A DNA stretch of 64,000 nt from a virus. This document shows positions 45,694-55,277 of this stretch, piece after piece; the first letter of the stretch is position 1, and every line of letters begins with the position of its first letter. The DNA lies in IMG/VR virus record IMGVR_UViG_3300018044_000002, positions 2,682 through 66,681 of that record; one strand, given 5' to 3'. The notes beneath the pieces are model-generated. The model was not told the origin of the DNA. It was given only the letters and a program-made list of their open reading frames with translations, and ran no database searches. Both the position numbers and the translations under genes were made by a program.

Positions 45694-47502
45694 CTAGATC
45701 CACTCCAGCCTGTTCGCCTTCTGCTTCCTCTTGCTGTACAATTCCAGCTTCCGCAGGTGATCGTTCCCAGTCGTCAGCAGCATCCCCGCGCCAGTGACAG
45801 AAGGATCTTTGAGCCATTCCGGCATCTGGCCTCTGGTCGGCTGAAACCCCGCCGTCTCCAACTCCTCCTTGGTCATCAGGACGTTCTTGGGGGAGCGGGG
45901 CTGACAGGCGGTTGGGTGGTACTGCTCTTTGGCGATCCACGCGAGCAGAATGGCCATCAATAAATCGTCGTGGCCAACCGCTACGTTCCACCGCCAGCCC
46001 ATTTCCATCTTGGCCTTTTTCATCTGCGCGATGAGGGTTTTGTCCTTGGGGACGACTTCCTTGCGGTGGAGCGCCGTCCGGTACAGATTGAACATCATTC
46101 GGCGATAGCGGTCAGAGGTCTCAAACCCGAACGCGGTGCCGGACTTCGACTTGTCCATCTTGTCGTCGCGGCCTTTCCAGAGATACTGGTTCGGGTAGTA
46201 GATCCGGTCGCGGAGTTCGCGCATGGTCACGTAGCCGATGTTGTTCAGCTCGACGTTGAGCATCGCGGAGTTGAAGTAGTAGCCGAGGGCGGCTGCGATG
46301 CCGGACAGTTCCTCCGGCGAGACCCTGGCCATGTAGGTCGCAGCCACCGCGCCGGTCTCCGCGTTCACGCAGCCAAGCGCGGCGTAGTCGCCGGGCGTCA
46401 TGGTCGATTCCTCACCGCGCGCCGAGTCCACCCCGATAAAGTAGTGGTGCTTCGGCTGCGGCGTTTCGTACAGGCAGAGTGGGCCTTCGATCGACTTCAG
46501 AATCTCACCGTGCTTGTTGTCGGCGGACAGGACGCAGTTGCCGCGCCAGGGGATTTTGACGAATGAATTCTCCGCGAACTGCATCTCCTCGATCGTGAAG
46601 GCTGGGTTGCCAGTCGCGATGAAGGCTTCCTCGGGAGTGGCTGGATACTCCTGACGCCACTTCTCGATGATCCCCTCGCACTTGGTCGAGAGGGTTTCTC
46701 GGAACCAAGCGATCTGCGACTTGGTGATCCGAACCTTACGCCCTGTCTTCCAGTGCTTGACGTCGTTCATCAGGTAACGTTCGTACTCATCGCGTGGAGC
46801 GTCGGAGGCGAACTCTTCAGGGAGTTGGTAAGCCGGGTCGTCCCACCACGGCAGGAAGATCGCAAGGAACTCATTGTCACCTGCGATCGCTGCCTCCCAG
46901 GCCTGGTAATATCCCTCGCCCGGACCTTCCATGCCGTTGGCTGTGGTCTCGATCAGGCAGATGTTGTTGGGGTCCTTGCTGAGTGTGTTCATCAGCGAGG
47001 TGAAGGCGCCCGAATATGGGTAGAAGGCTGCTTCGGTTAGGTGGAGGAACGAGGAGGTCAGGCCGCGCTGGCCGTGTACCGTGGCCGCTGTGTGATGGGT
47101 GAACTGCGAGTCCGGCCCATCGGAGTGCGGCCAGATCAGAGTTTTCTTGGTCGGTTTGGGAGCGCCTGGGTAGAGGTCCTTGCAGTCCTCGCGGAATCCG
47201 CAGGCCATGGCGAAATTGGCTGCGGCAACCTCGGCGTTCTGCGCGATGCAGCGAGCAAGGGCTCCGGGGTGGGCGATGCAGTGCGCCTGGCCGAGGCCTG
47301 TGGCGAGAGTAGACAGCCCCACGCGCCGCGCCTTGAGGAAAATGATGAACAGGCGTCGACGCCGAGCAAGATGGGCCTGAGCGAGGGAGAATACTTCGCG
47401 CTGCTGCTGCCTGAGTATGAACGGCAGGAAGGTTCCCTCATCGCGATCACGAATGTTCAGCCGCGTGAATAGCCGCTCTACGTGATTGAGATCGAGGGGG
47501 AT
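45694..47502 (-). CDS. terL: Terminase large subunit (probable ATC start)
   Basis: LKARRVGLST, LHLTEAAF, ETTANG, QEYP, IGVDSARG, VELNNIG, HDDLLMA. Confidence 0.92.
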   Translation of the reverse strand: MPLDLNHVERLFTRLNIRDRDEGTFLPFILRQQQREVFSLAQAHLARRRRLFIIFLKARRVGLSTLATGLGQAHCIAHPGALARCIAQNAEVAAANFAMACGFREDCKDLYPGAPKPTKKTLIWPHSDGPDSQFTHHTAATVHGQRGLTSSFLHLTEAAFYPYSGAFTSLMNTLSKDPNNICLIETTANGMEGPGEGYYQAWEAAIAGDNEFLAIFLPWWDDPAYQLPEEFASDAPRDEYERYLMNDVKHWKTGRKVRITKSQIAWFRETLSTKCEGIIEKWRQEYPATPEEAFIATGNPAFTIEEMQFAENSFVKIPWRGNCVLSADNKHGEILKSIEGPLCLYETPQPKHHYFIGVDSARGEESTMTPGDYAALGCVNAETGAVAATYMARVSPEELSGIAAALGYYFNSAMLNVELNNIGYVTMRELRDRIYYPNQYLWKGRDDKMDKSKSGTAFGFETSDRYRRMMFNLYRTALHRKEVVPKDKTLIAQMKKAKMEMGWRWNVAVGHDDLLMAILLAWIAKEQYHPTACQPRSPKNVLMTKEELETAGFQPTRGQMPEWLKDPSVTGAGMLLTTGNDHLRKLELYSKRKQKANRLEWI

Positions 47503-47715
47503 GGGTAGGCTCCTACTTAGACGAGTCGAATAGTTGCAGTGGGTCCGGTACCCCACGCAGGCGCAACAGCACCTCGCGATAACTGGTCGTCGTCGGAGGA
47601 TAACGACGAAGAAACTCGCGAGTCACATCGGACTTGGGCTGTGCGGCATATTGCGGCCAGAGTTCACAAATCGTGGCGTAGAGGCGATCGGTGGGTAAAG
47701 GCACAGAACCGGACA

Positions 47716-48027
47716 TCACTGCACCTTCTTCAGCACTGGCACGGACAGGTCCGTGATGATCCTGCTCGTCGCGTCGGTCAGAGCGGCGCGTTCGGCTGCG
47801 TGCTGATCGATCACCGACAACGCTTCGAGCAGATCCTGCCTGCTCGCCTTCTCCAGCCCGCCCCGGACCAGTAGGACAGGGTTGGCGTAGGGAGTGAAGC
47901 CGATGCCCTGCTGGGTCATTTCGCTGAAGGTGGACATGTCGGTCTCGTCGCGCACGATGATCAGCTCGTTGGGGCCAAGGGATAGCTTCTCGATGCGGGC
48001 TTTCATCTGGTCGATGTGACTAGGCAT
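47716..48027 (-). CDS. Hypothetical protein
   Basis: ATG after GAGG. Confidence 0.6.
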   Translation of the reverse strand: MPSHIDQMKARIEKLSLGPNELIIVRDETDMSTFSEMTQQGIGFTPYANPVLLVRGGLEKASRQDLLEALSVIDQHAAERAALTDATSRIITDLSVPVLKKVQ

Positions 48028-48298
48028 AAATCCTCTTCCTCTTTCGCGTGACCGCAAAACCCTCGGCCGTGGAAATATTCACATCAGGCAAGTCAGGCAC
48101 ATTGTGATTCAAGGTCTTCCACTTTTCGTGCGAGATCAGCACAGCCAAAGTCTTCGTTCCACGTTTGCTGTCCGCCGTGATGAACTTAGGCCCATCGATT
48201 CCGGCAAGAATCTCGCGGAGGTCGTCAACGTCAAGTTGACTTAGCTCGTCAACAGTGATGTGCAATTCAGGAAGCGGTTTACCGAGTTTAGCCATCAT
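48020..48298 (-). CDS. Hypothetical protein (possible Phd/YefM-like)
   Basis: PKFIT...LAVLISHEKW. Confidence 0.45.
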   Translation of the reverse strand: MMAKLGKPLPELHITVDELSQLDVDDLREILAGIDGPKFITADSKRGTKTLAVLISHEKWKTLNHNVPDLPDVNISTAEGFAVTRKRKRIYA

Positions 48299-48528
48299 TC
48301 ATCCTCCTCATCAACATCATCTTGATTTCCCCGCAATGCTCGCTTGAGCATATCTGTCATTTGCCGATCCGAAGGAGAGTTAGAATACTGCCACTGTTCA
48401 GTTCCATCGGGGTCCGCAATCAAGATAATACAGTTACATTCGTTGCCCACGTGCTCCTCGGCTACCGCCACTATTTCCTCAAAAGAAGCCCCAGGCAGTC
48501 GAACTGGAACTTTCGTGGTATCGCTCAT
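48295..48528 (-). CDS. Hypothetical protein
   Basis: Coupled ORF; resembles its neighbour (CIILI..YSN). Confidence 0.55.
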   Translation of the reverse strand: MSDTTKVPVRLPGASFEEIVAVAEEHVGNECNCIILIADPDGTEQWQYSNSPSDRQMTDMLKRALRGNQDDVDEEDE

Positions 48529-48770
48529 TGTCCGTCCTCTTCATCAGCTTCCGTAGCCCAATCTGCGCTCGCCATGGCAATCATACCGAACATCTCCGGT
48601 TCGGAACGCGCGTTGGAGTACAGGTATCGCCGCTCTCCCTCATCAGACATGGCAATGACGACACAGCGAGTGAAATCCTTCTCGCCAAAATCGGACATTG
48701 CCTCTACCATCAAGTCCGTAATGGATAGGGCGGAACGCCGAGCCGGATGGTTGGATGTATCGGCCATCAC
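48525..48770 (-). CDS. Hypothetical protein
   Basis: Coupled ORF (CVVIA..YSN). Confidence 0.55.
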   Translation of the reverse strand: MMADTSNHPARRSALSITDLMVEAMSDFGEKDFTRCVVIAMSDEGERRYLYSNARSEPEMFGMIAMASADWATEADEEDGQ

Positions 48771-49378
48771 AGAATATCTCCTTGCTCACGCCCATCAAAT
48801 CTCAATTTTTTCCGATCTTCGGGTGGGAGCATCTTCTCGCGATTGCGTTCCCTGACGCACTGCACGCCGCAGTAGCGATAAGGCATAGGCACGCCTGTCT
48901 CCGGGTCTACCTCACTACCCATCATAATGAATTGACTTTTTCGAGATTCCTCAAGTGTCTTTCCGCAGCCGGTACAGCGCTCGGTGTTGTTGTCGTCCAT
49001 ACGACCTTGGAGTGTCTCCGCCGCCAGATCACATTGCTTCCTCATCTTGGCCAGCAGTTCCAGACCAGAGGGGACTGCGATCTTGCGGAAGTACGCCCGG
49101 ACCTCGATCTCCTTGGCGTCGAGGGTCAGCCAGGCGGCGGTCGTAGCGGCGCGGATGGCGGAGTAGGGGTCGCGGGGGGAGAGGGCAGGGGGGGCGGAGG
49201 TGGCCAAGTCTCCACCGTCCAGTACTCCAGCCGCTGCGGCCTCCGCGCGTTGGGCTTCAAGGGGAGAGGCGAATTGGCGGACAGGCGCGGCTACTGGTTT
49301 AGTGGCTGGCCGGGGCGTGGGCGCTGCTCCAAGCCCTTGCGTTGGCTGACCGGTGGTAACGGCTGCGAGTCGGGACAT
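48767..49378 (-). CDS. Protein with a C-terminal C4 zinc finger
   Basis: CTGCGK ... YCGVQC; RBS AAAGGA. Confidence 0.65.
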   Translation of the reverse strand: MSRLAAVTTGQPTQGLGAAPTPRPATKPVAAPVRQFASPLEAQRAEAAAAGVLDGGDLATSAPPALSPRDPYSAIRAATTAAWLTLDAKEIEVRAYFRKIAVPSGLELLAKMRKQCDLAAETLQGRMDDNNTERCTGCGKTLEESRKSQFIMMGSEVDPETGVPMPYRYCGVQCVRERNREKMLPPEDRKKLRFDGREQGDIL

Positions 49379-49430
49379 GGGGTGGGTTCCTTTCGGTTCT
49401 GCCAGTCAGGCTGGCTGGGTGGTTGGTTGG

Positions 49431-50033
49431 TTAGTAAGTCTCCTGCTCGCGCCGCGCCGACTCTTCCGGTGTCAGCGGCGCACGCGGGTCTCCATACAGG
49501 TGCAGCATCAGTTCACTCCCTCGCGCCACCCGCTGCCAGTAGGCCGACTCGGTGCGGAACTCTTCGCGCGAGGCGAGATGGTCGTCCATCTGGGGGCAGA
49601 GCTTGCCCGCCACGGCCATTTGGATCTGCACGGCGCCGGAGCCGAGTTCGCGGTAGGCCACCAGCTCGTACTTGCCGTCGCGAGTGCGGCGATGGTCGGA
49701 GTCCCAGTCGAACCGGCTGGCGGCAGCGCGGCGGCGGGCGGCGTCGAGGGAGAGTTCGCGGAGGAGGTCGAGTTCGCGCTGGGAGCGGGGGCGAGGTCGC
49801 TGCGGGCCACGAAGGAGCTGGTTGCGGGCGGCCAGGTCACGCCGGACCTCGCGCTGGTAGAACTGGTCGGTCAGGACGCGGACGGACAGCCGGTGGTTCA
49901 CGTCGCGGCAGGCCTGACAGCCGAAGACGTGGGCGTGGGAGACGGTCTGAAGGTAAGTCATACGAGTGGGAAGGCCGCGCGGGTGCTGCGGGTTGGTACA
50001 GTGGGGGAGCGCGGAGTCGGGGAGGGTGCTCAT
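49431..50033 (-). CDS. Hypothetical zinc-binding protein, paralog of 30637-30975
   Basis: CTNPQHP..HAHVFGCQAC. Confidence 0.65.
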   Translation of the reverse strand: MSTLPDSALPHCTNPQHPRGLPTRMTYLQTVSHAHVFGCQACRDVNHRLSVRVLTDQFYQREVRRDLAARNQLLRGPQRPRPRSQRELDLLRELSLDAARRRAAASRFDWDSDHRRTRDGKYELVAYRELGSGAVQIQMAVAGKLCPQMDDHLASREEFRTESAYWQRVARGSELMLHLYGDPRAPLTPEESARREQETY

Positions 50034-50260
50034 GCTTGCCGCTCCATTCTCTTGGCGTATCGGCGGAAGCGGAAGAGTTTGCGCATGGCCCAAGGTTCCC
50101 CATTGCGTTCCACCTGCCACATAGAAATGCGTACGAATCTGTATCCTCGACAGAACTCGACAACGTGCATGTTGTATATGCGACTGGCTTGCACTCCGGC
50201 TATGGTCAGTCGATCTATGATTGATCCGCGCACCGTCTGCTTCCTCCAGTTGGTTTGCAA
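50030..50260 (-). CDS. Hypothetical protein
   Basis: Coupled to the downstream ATG; start uncertain. Confidence 0.4.
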   Translation of the reverse strand: MQTNWRKQTVRGSIIDRLTIAGVQASRIYNMHVVEFCRGYRFVRISMWQVERNGEPWAMRKLFRFRRYAKRMERQA

Positions 50261-50291
50261 CTTTACACTAACACAACTCCGACCTGCTGGC

Positions 50292-51080
50292 CTACCTAAC
50301 CTTCAGACTCCGGTCCCAGGTCTTGACCACGCCCTCCCCCTGGCAGACCGGGCAGGCTCCGGCGAACCCGGCCTCGCCCGCGATCTGGCCACCGCCGCCG
50401 CAGCGGCCGCAGGGACGGCCAGAGGTGGCAAGCTGGCGCGGCTGGCGGGTGCGCGTGCGAGGGGCGGAGGATTCGGCTGGCTGCTCGGCTGGGATGTCAG
50501 AGGGTTCTACCTGGGCCTGCACCGCCTGCTGACGCTGGAACCGCTGGTCCTCGGCGAGCTGGCTGGCTGCCTGCTCGGCCTGGGCGGCTTCAGTGAGAAG
50601 GTTGGCCATCTCTGCCTCGGCCAGCTCCGGCGCGGGCGGCGCAGCGGCATCCTGGTAGATTTGAGGCTTGCGCCTGGTCGCGGGAATCTTGATCGGATCG
50701 CTGGGGCCGGGTGTAGGAGTCGGAGACTCCCCTGTGGCTGCCTCGCCTGTGCGTCCAGCAGCTAAGTCGGCTGCGAATTGCTCCTGAATGTCAGGTTCAC
50801 CCGCATAATCTTTGGCAATCGCTGTTGCCTCTATGTGTTCCCTCGCGGCCTTTGTTGCGGGTTGCGAACTCGACGCCATCGCGTTCGCGCCGTTCCCGTT
50901 CCGCTTCATCACCTTTGTTTCTCCATCGACTGTGATGATCACTTTCCGCGCGCTGGCGGCGAGGGGAAGGATAGCCTGGGACAGGACCTTGCTATACGGG
51001 CCGGTCGAGTTGATGATCCAGTCGCCGTCGTCGATAATGACCGATATGGCTGGCTTTACGGATTCGATTTCCTGTGTCAT
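50292..51080 (-). CDS. Protein with a C-terminal DnaJ-type zinc ribbon
   Basis: CGRCGGGG...CPVCQGEG. Confidence 0.65.
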   Translation of the reverse strand: MTQEIESVKPAISVIIDDGDWIINSTGPYSKVLSQAILPLAASARKVIITVDGETKVMKRNGNGANAMASSSQPATKAAREHIEATAIAKDYAGEPDIQEQFAADLAAGRTGEAATGESPTPTPGPSDPIKIPATRRKPQIYQDAAAPPAPELAEAEMANLLTEAAQAEQAASQLAEDQRFQRQQAVQAQVEPSDIPAEQPAESSAPRTRTRQPRQLATSGRPCGRCGGGGQIAGEAGFAGACPVCQGEGVVKTWDRSLKVR

Positions 51081-51307
51081 TGCTTCCTCGATCTTTCTAC
51101 AGCTTTGACCATATCCGCGAGCGCTTCGCCGAAGTCCGCGCCGGACATGGCGCTCAGTGGACGGAACCGTTTGCGCCGGGCCAGCTTGTCCTGCCACTCG
51201 TCGTCCATCCTGGCGAACTTCTGCTTGCGCCACTCGGCACAAGACGGGCAGGGAATGGTGGTAGTTGGTTGCTCGCAATCGGGACAGAGTTGGGGGTCGG
51301 CGCTCAA
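51077..51307 (-). CDS. Small CxxC..CxxC protein
   Basis: AAGGAG + TTG; CPDC, CPSC. Confidence 0.55.
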   Translation of the reverse strand: MSADPQLCPDCEQPTTTIPCPSCAEWRKQKFARMDDEWQDKLARRKRFRPLSAMSGADFGEALADMVKAVERSRKQ

Positions 51308-51624
51308 GAGTTCTCCTTATCGAACTTCGCAGGCACAGGGTGTACTGGACCGACCTTCACTTTCCCTCGAACCCAAATGGGATGCTCAATTCTCAATTCC
51401 CCATTCAGCCTGATTTTCGGCCACTGATCGTGTGAGGGCAGACCTTCCCGCTTGCGCCACGGGACCAGAGGCGGGCACTCATTGTTGATCCCGTAAGCAC
51501 GAACCAAAAGATAGATTCTCATGGCCTCAATCCAACGGGATATTGCAGTCAGCATTGTGTACAACCTAATAATTACGCTCATGTGTTTATGGCTCCTATC
51601 AAGCAAGAACCGCGCGGGTGACAT
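51304..51624 (-). CDS. Hypothetical protein (low-GC insert)
   Basis: Coupled ORF. Confidence 0.45.
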   Translation of the reverse strand: MSPARFLLDRSHKHMSVIIRLYTMLTAISRWIEAMRIYLLVRAYGINNECPPLVPWRKREGLPSHDQWPKIRLNGELRIEHPIWVRGKVKVGPVHPVPAKFDKENS

Positions 51625-51893
51625 ATCTGAAACGAATTTAGCTCGATGAGTATGTCACCTTTAGCTACGATCTGTCTGATCCTTTCTTGACTCACCCCAA
51701 ACATCTCCGCTGCTCGCTTTCTACTCATTCCAGCGTAATGAACAAGAAAGTATATGTCCGCCGTCCGTTTAAGCGAAGGATGTTCCTGTGAATCCCTCCT
51801 GCGAACAAAACGACGAAACAGCCGCTGTTTAACGGCATTACGATGAAGACGACCGATGATACTGAGATCAGGACAGAGTTGGGGGTCAGACAT
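51579..51893 (-). CDS. Sigma region-4-like HTH protein
   Basis: MSRKRAAEMFGVSQERIRQIV. Confidence 0.6.
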   Translation of the reverse strand: MSDPQLCPDLSIIGRLHRNAVKQRLFRRFVRRRDSQEHPSLKRTADIYFLVHYAGMSRKRAAEMFGVSQERIRQIVAKGDILIELNSFQICHPRGSCLIGAINT

Positions 51894-52413
51894 CTTTCAA
51901 CCCTCGTTTCAAATACTCCTGGAATCGGGCGTCGATCTCCTCGTCTGAAGTGCCGTCCAGATCGAAGCCCGGCGCCTGCTCCGACTTTTCGCCGTGAGAG
52001 ACGCGCTCGGCGATCGCGTAGGTTCCGGCGTCGCGGTTGAGGTCGAGCAGTTCATCCTGGAGTTTGCGGCCATCTTCGGCCACTTCGAGAATGTCGAACG
52101 ATGACCGGCTCCAGTTCTTCTCGGCCTCTTCACGCGACAATCCTTTCCGTGTGCCCACAGCCCATTGGCTGAAACCGCCTTTACCGTTCGGGTAGAGAGT
52201 GGTGTCGAGAACAGTCTCTCTGCCTGGGGGCTCACGATAGAACGCGCCATCCTCGCGCTGGTAGAAGGCTCCAAGGCAACGCTCCGGAGTGGGGAGCCCT
52301 TCACGACGGCGAAGACTGATGAGGGCTTGCTTGCGGAATTCGTCGCGGAGTCCAAACCAATCTCCGACGCGCTGAACCGCGCGCTGAGGCTGAAGATCGT
52401 CTTCGTTAAACAT
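51886..52413 (-). CDS. Hypothetical protein
   Basis: GAGG + ATG. Confidence 0.6.
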   Translation of the reverse strand: MFNEDDLQPQRAVQRVGDWFGLRDEFRKQALISLRRREGLPTPERCLGAFYQREDGAFYREPPGRETVLDTTLYPNGKGGFSQWAVGTRKGLSREEAEKNWSRSSFDILEVAEDGRKLQDELLDLNRDAGTYAIAERVSHGEKSEQAPGFDLDGTSDEEIDARFQEYLKRGLKDV

Positions 52414-52696
52414 GGGGAGTGTCCTCTGTTGGCTTAACCTCGATTGTCTTACTTGCCTCCAGCATACTGTCTCTTACAGCCTTGGTGACCAGTTTCAGTA
52501 GGTCCACCTGACCGAACGCCGTCCGCACCATTTCGTTGATCAGGATACGAACCTCGGGGTCGGTCTGGACGAACGTGCTGATAGCCTTGCTCATCTCCTC
52601 GACGTACGCGTCGAGTGAGCGGTGGACGAACAGTTCCTGGTTGACCCGAATCAGCAGGTCGGTAGAGTTGGGCTCGCGGGTGAAGTTAATCGCCAC
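52406..52696 (-). CDS. Hypothetical protein
   Basis: AGGAGG + GTG. Confidence 0.55.
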   Translation of the reverse strand: MAINFTREPNSTDLLIRVNQELFVHRSLDAYVEEMSKAISTFVQTDPEVRILINEMVRTAFGQVDLLKLVTKAVRDSMLEASKTIEVKPTEDTPHV

Positions 52697-53537
52697 TGGG
52701 CACCTCCTCGGCAGGAACCCTCGCGGCGGCCATCGCGGCGGCGATATTGCGATGGCGGATCTGGCGTTGTAGGCCAGCAAATCTACTTCCTTCGGCCTGC
52801 TTAGACCTCCCCGGATCGTGGATACTAAGGCATCTCGACGGGTCGTCGTTGAAAAACAAAAGGTCGTCGGAATACAGGGTTATTCCCTGTGCGGAGTATG
52901 CCTCGACAGGTGAGCGGCGCAGAGGATCATCCCATGCCAGATTACCCTTGAGGGCCTCTCCAATAAAAAAATCGTCCCAGGGATAATCAAGTTTGGGAGC
53001 AGTCAGACCAAAGCCGATTTCTAGTTGGTTTGGCCAATCATCAAGATAATCCGCGCGCCACTCGGTATCGACGATCTTCTGCATGGCTTTCTTCGATAGC
53101 CAGATGCCACAGCCACCATGACAAAAATCATAGTAGGCCATGGGTGTTTTAAAGACTCCTCCGAGTCGTAGAGTGCAAGGGAAGTTGCCGCCGTAATCAA
53201 ACTGGAAAAGATTAGCCTTAAGAATGCGCTCAGGCCACCACCACGTATCGTCCATGGCTCTCCAGAGGAATTGTGCATCCTGCTCCAAGGCCCACTGGCA
53301 AGCGGCTTTATCTTTCAGGTGAAGGTGGGTCTTCAGATCGGAGCCCGGAGCGTGAAGGATCTCGTCGTCAGGTATGCCGGTCTTGCTCCAATCGCCGTAA
53401 GGCGCGTCACCAAAGACAAACTTGTATGGAATTGGCGAGTTAGGCAAGAACTGCGCCCGAGCAATCTGGCGGTAGTGCCAGCGGGAGGGATCATGCGCGG
53501 TGAGAATGGCTGCTACAACCTTGTTACTTTGAATCAT
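52686..53537 (-). CDS. Glycosyltransferase, GT31/fringe-like
   Basis: YKFVFG, FLWRAMDDTW, GGCGIWLSKKAM, DDFFIG. Confidence 0.7.
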   Translation of the reverse strand: MIQSNKVVAAILTAHDPSRWHYRQIARAQFLPNSPIPYKFVFGDAPYGDWSKTGIPDDEILHAPGSDLKTHLHLKDKAACQWALEQDAQFLWRAMDDTWWWPERILKANLFQFDYGGNFPCTLRLGGVFKTPMAYYDFCHGGCGIWLSKKAMQKIVDTEWRADYLDDWPNQLEIGFGLTAPKLDYPWDDFFIGEALKGNLAWDDPLRRSPVEAYSAQGITLYSDDLLFFNDDPSRCLSIHDPGRSKQAEGSRFAGLQRQIRHRNIAAAMAAARVPAEEVPSGD

Positions 53538-54432
53538 TGATCTTCTCCATTCTGTGCTTTATTTGCCATGCGCTTTGCCTGTTACGCAGACATGTCCTGC
53601 AACGCATTCTCGTACCTTTTCCTTTTCCCGCGGAAACCATTACAACATTATCACCCGCTACGACATGACCGTGCTTACAAACTTTGCTCCAACGATGTGG
53701 GCGCCTGTTTCCTGCTTGCTCTTTTGCTGTGGCCCAACGCGTGTTGCCTAGCTCGTAATTACCATCGTTGTTTGGGAAGCGGTCTATGGATAAGCCGGGA
53801 GGGCACTCGCCTACGTCACGCAGGAAGTTCTCGAAATCCATCCAAGATGGACATACCGATATGCCCCGACCACCATAGTTAGGCCACGAGTGGCACTTAG
53901 GATTAAGACATCTCTCTACCATTCCTTGCCAGATATGATAAGTTCTAGTTTTGCTCTGGCCATGTGTTGTTGCTCGCGCTGCAACGTCATCTCTATGCCA
54001 GCATCCGCAGCTTTTGGTCATGCCGTCTAATAGGTTAAACTTACTGACTATTGTTTCTTTTCCGCACTCACATCGACACAACCAAAAACGCGTCTTCTTT
54101 ATCCGCCCCTCGTTGCGTAGGCAGATTACGGTCAGGCGTCCGAACACCCTACCAGTTAGATCCTGCTTTGATGTGTTCGCTTTGGAGCGTGCAACGAAAC
54201 CTTCCACAATCAGACAGCCGCAACTACGAGTGAGTCCGTATCGAAGAGTGTACTTGCTGGTTGAAACTTCCTTCCCACAATCACAAAGGCAGCGCCACAA
54301 TTCAATCCCATCCTTGTTGCGCCCACCCGGACCAAGCACAGTCAACCTACCGAACTTTTGTCCAATGAAGTCCTCGACGCGAATCCTTGCTGCCGGTCCT
54401 CTTCGTGTTACAGTTTTCTTAGGGGTCGTCAT
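53524..54432 (-). CDS. HNH homing endonuclease with tandem Cys-rich (GRLTV..WxCxCxCG..SCGC) repeats
   Basis: YGGRGISVC, SIDRFPNNDGNYELGNTRWAT..Q; start moved to ATG 54432. Confidence 0.88.
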   Translation of the reverse strand: MTTPKKTVTRRGPAARIRVEDFIGQKFGRLTVLGPGGRNKDGIELWRCLCDCGKEVSTSKYTLRYGLTRSCGCLIVEGFVARSKANTSKQDLTGRVFGRLTVICLRNEGRIKKTRFWLCRCECGKETIVSKFNLLDGMTKSCGCWHRDDVAARATTHGQSKTRTYHIWQGMVERCLNPKCHSWPNYGGRGISVCPSWMDFENFLRDVGECPPGLSIDRFPNNDGNYELGNTRWATAKEQAGNRRPHRWSKVCKHGHVVAGDNVVMVSAGKGKGTRMRCRTCLRNRQSAWQIKHRMEKINDSK

Positions 54433-54509
54433 TCGTCGGACCTCCATCCGATGTGACATGAGTCGAGAGCGCAAACTCTCGACTCCCCCATTGTAACTCA
54501 GACGAGTGA

Positions 54510-55277
54510 TCATAGATAGAGCGCTTTCAATTTCTCATACAGCGAGTCAGGATGGTAGGTCGCGTCGGTCAGAAGCGTGGGGCCGGGAGGCAGGTCGAGG
54601 TCGAATCCTCGTCCGGTGCGGTCGGCTGGACCCTGGTTCCACGCCGCGTGGAAAAGGTGCAGAGAGTAAGAGTTCTCCAAATCCCACGTCGCCTCCGGGT
54701 TTACCAGTTCGCGTATACGCAGGTGGTGGATCGGGTCGAACGCGCGGCCAGGCTGGGCGTAGTTGGTCATGTGGAAGTATTCCACCGCCCCCTGTACGAA
54801 CTCCGCTCCGATCTCCTGCCAGGATAGGCGAGCACGATCGTCAGCGGAGAGGGAGGCGATATAGGCATGACAATGCTGGAGGAGCGGCGCTCCTGCCGGA
54901 GCCTTGGCTAGCGCAAGCGAGACAGTAGACTCGTCGTGATCGGAATAGAAGACGTACTCAGAGGAAATGTCAAGAGGTTTCAAGGCCACGTTGTCCAGGT
55001 CAGAATGCCATCCTCCTTTGTCGAGCAGGAGTTTTATGCGGAACCAGTCACTGAATTGCTGGGAGCAGCGGAAGGTCGCCTGCTCAGACTCGGGCAGTAT
55101 CTTAGCGGCGTCTAAGACCAGTACACCTTCCGGCACACCCTTTACATAGTCGTCGTAGGTGTAGAGATGGAACTGGTGGCCGTTGGCGAGGAAGGAGGCC
55201 ATGCTGAGCCGCTCCATCGTGGTCAGCGGGCCGGACCAGAAGCCTTGAACGACCTGGTTGTCTACTGAGAGGGTCAC
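54510..55277 (-). CDS. Glycosyltransferase, GT32-like (DXD)
   Basis: FSDWFRIKLLLDKGGWHSDLD, WQEIG, SLHLF. Confidence 0.82.
   Translation of the reverse strand: MTLSVDNQVVQGFWSGPLTTMERLSMASFLANGHQFHLYTYDDYVKGVPEGVLVLDAAKILPESEQATFRCSQQFSDWFRIKLLLDKGGWHSDLDNVALKPLDISSEYVFYSDHDESTVSLALAKAPAGAPLLQHCHAYIASLSADDRARLSWQEIGAEFVQGAVEYFHMTNYAQPGRAFDPIHHLRIRELVNPEATWDLENSYSLHLFHAAWNQGPADRTGRGFDLDLPPGPTLLTDATYHPDSLYEKLKALYL

Noticed and set aside
48755-50765. Long + strand ORFs (489 and 470 aa) and similar antisense ORFs elsewhere
   Set aside because: Shadow ORFs of GC-rich coding sequence, with no motifs, overlapping well-supported - strand genes.
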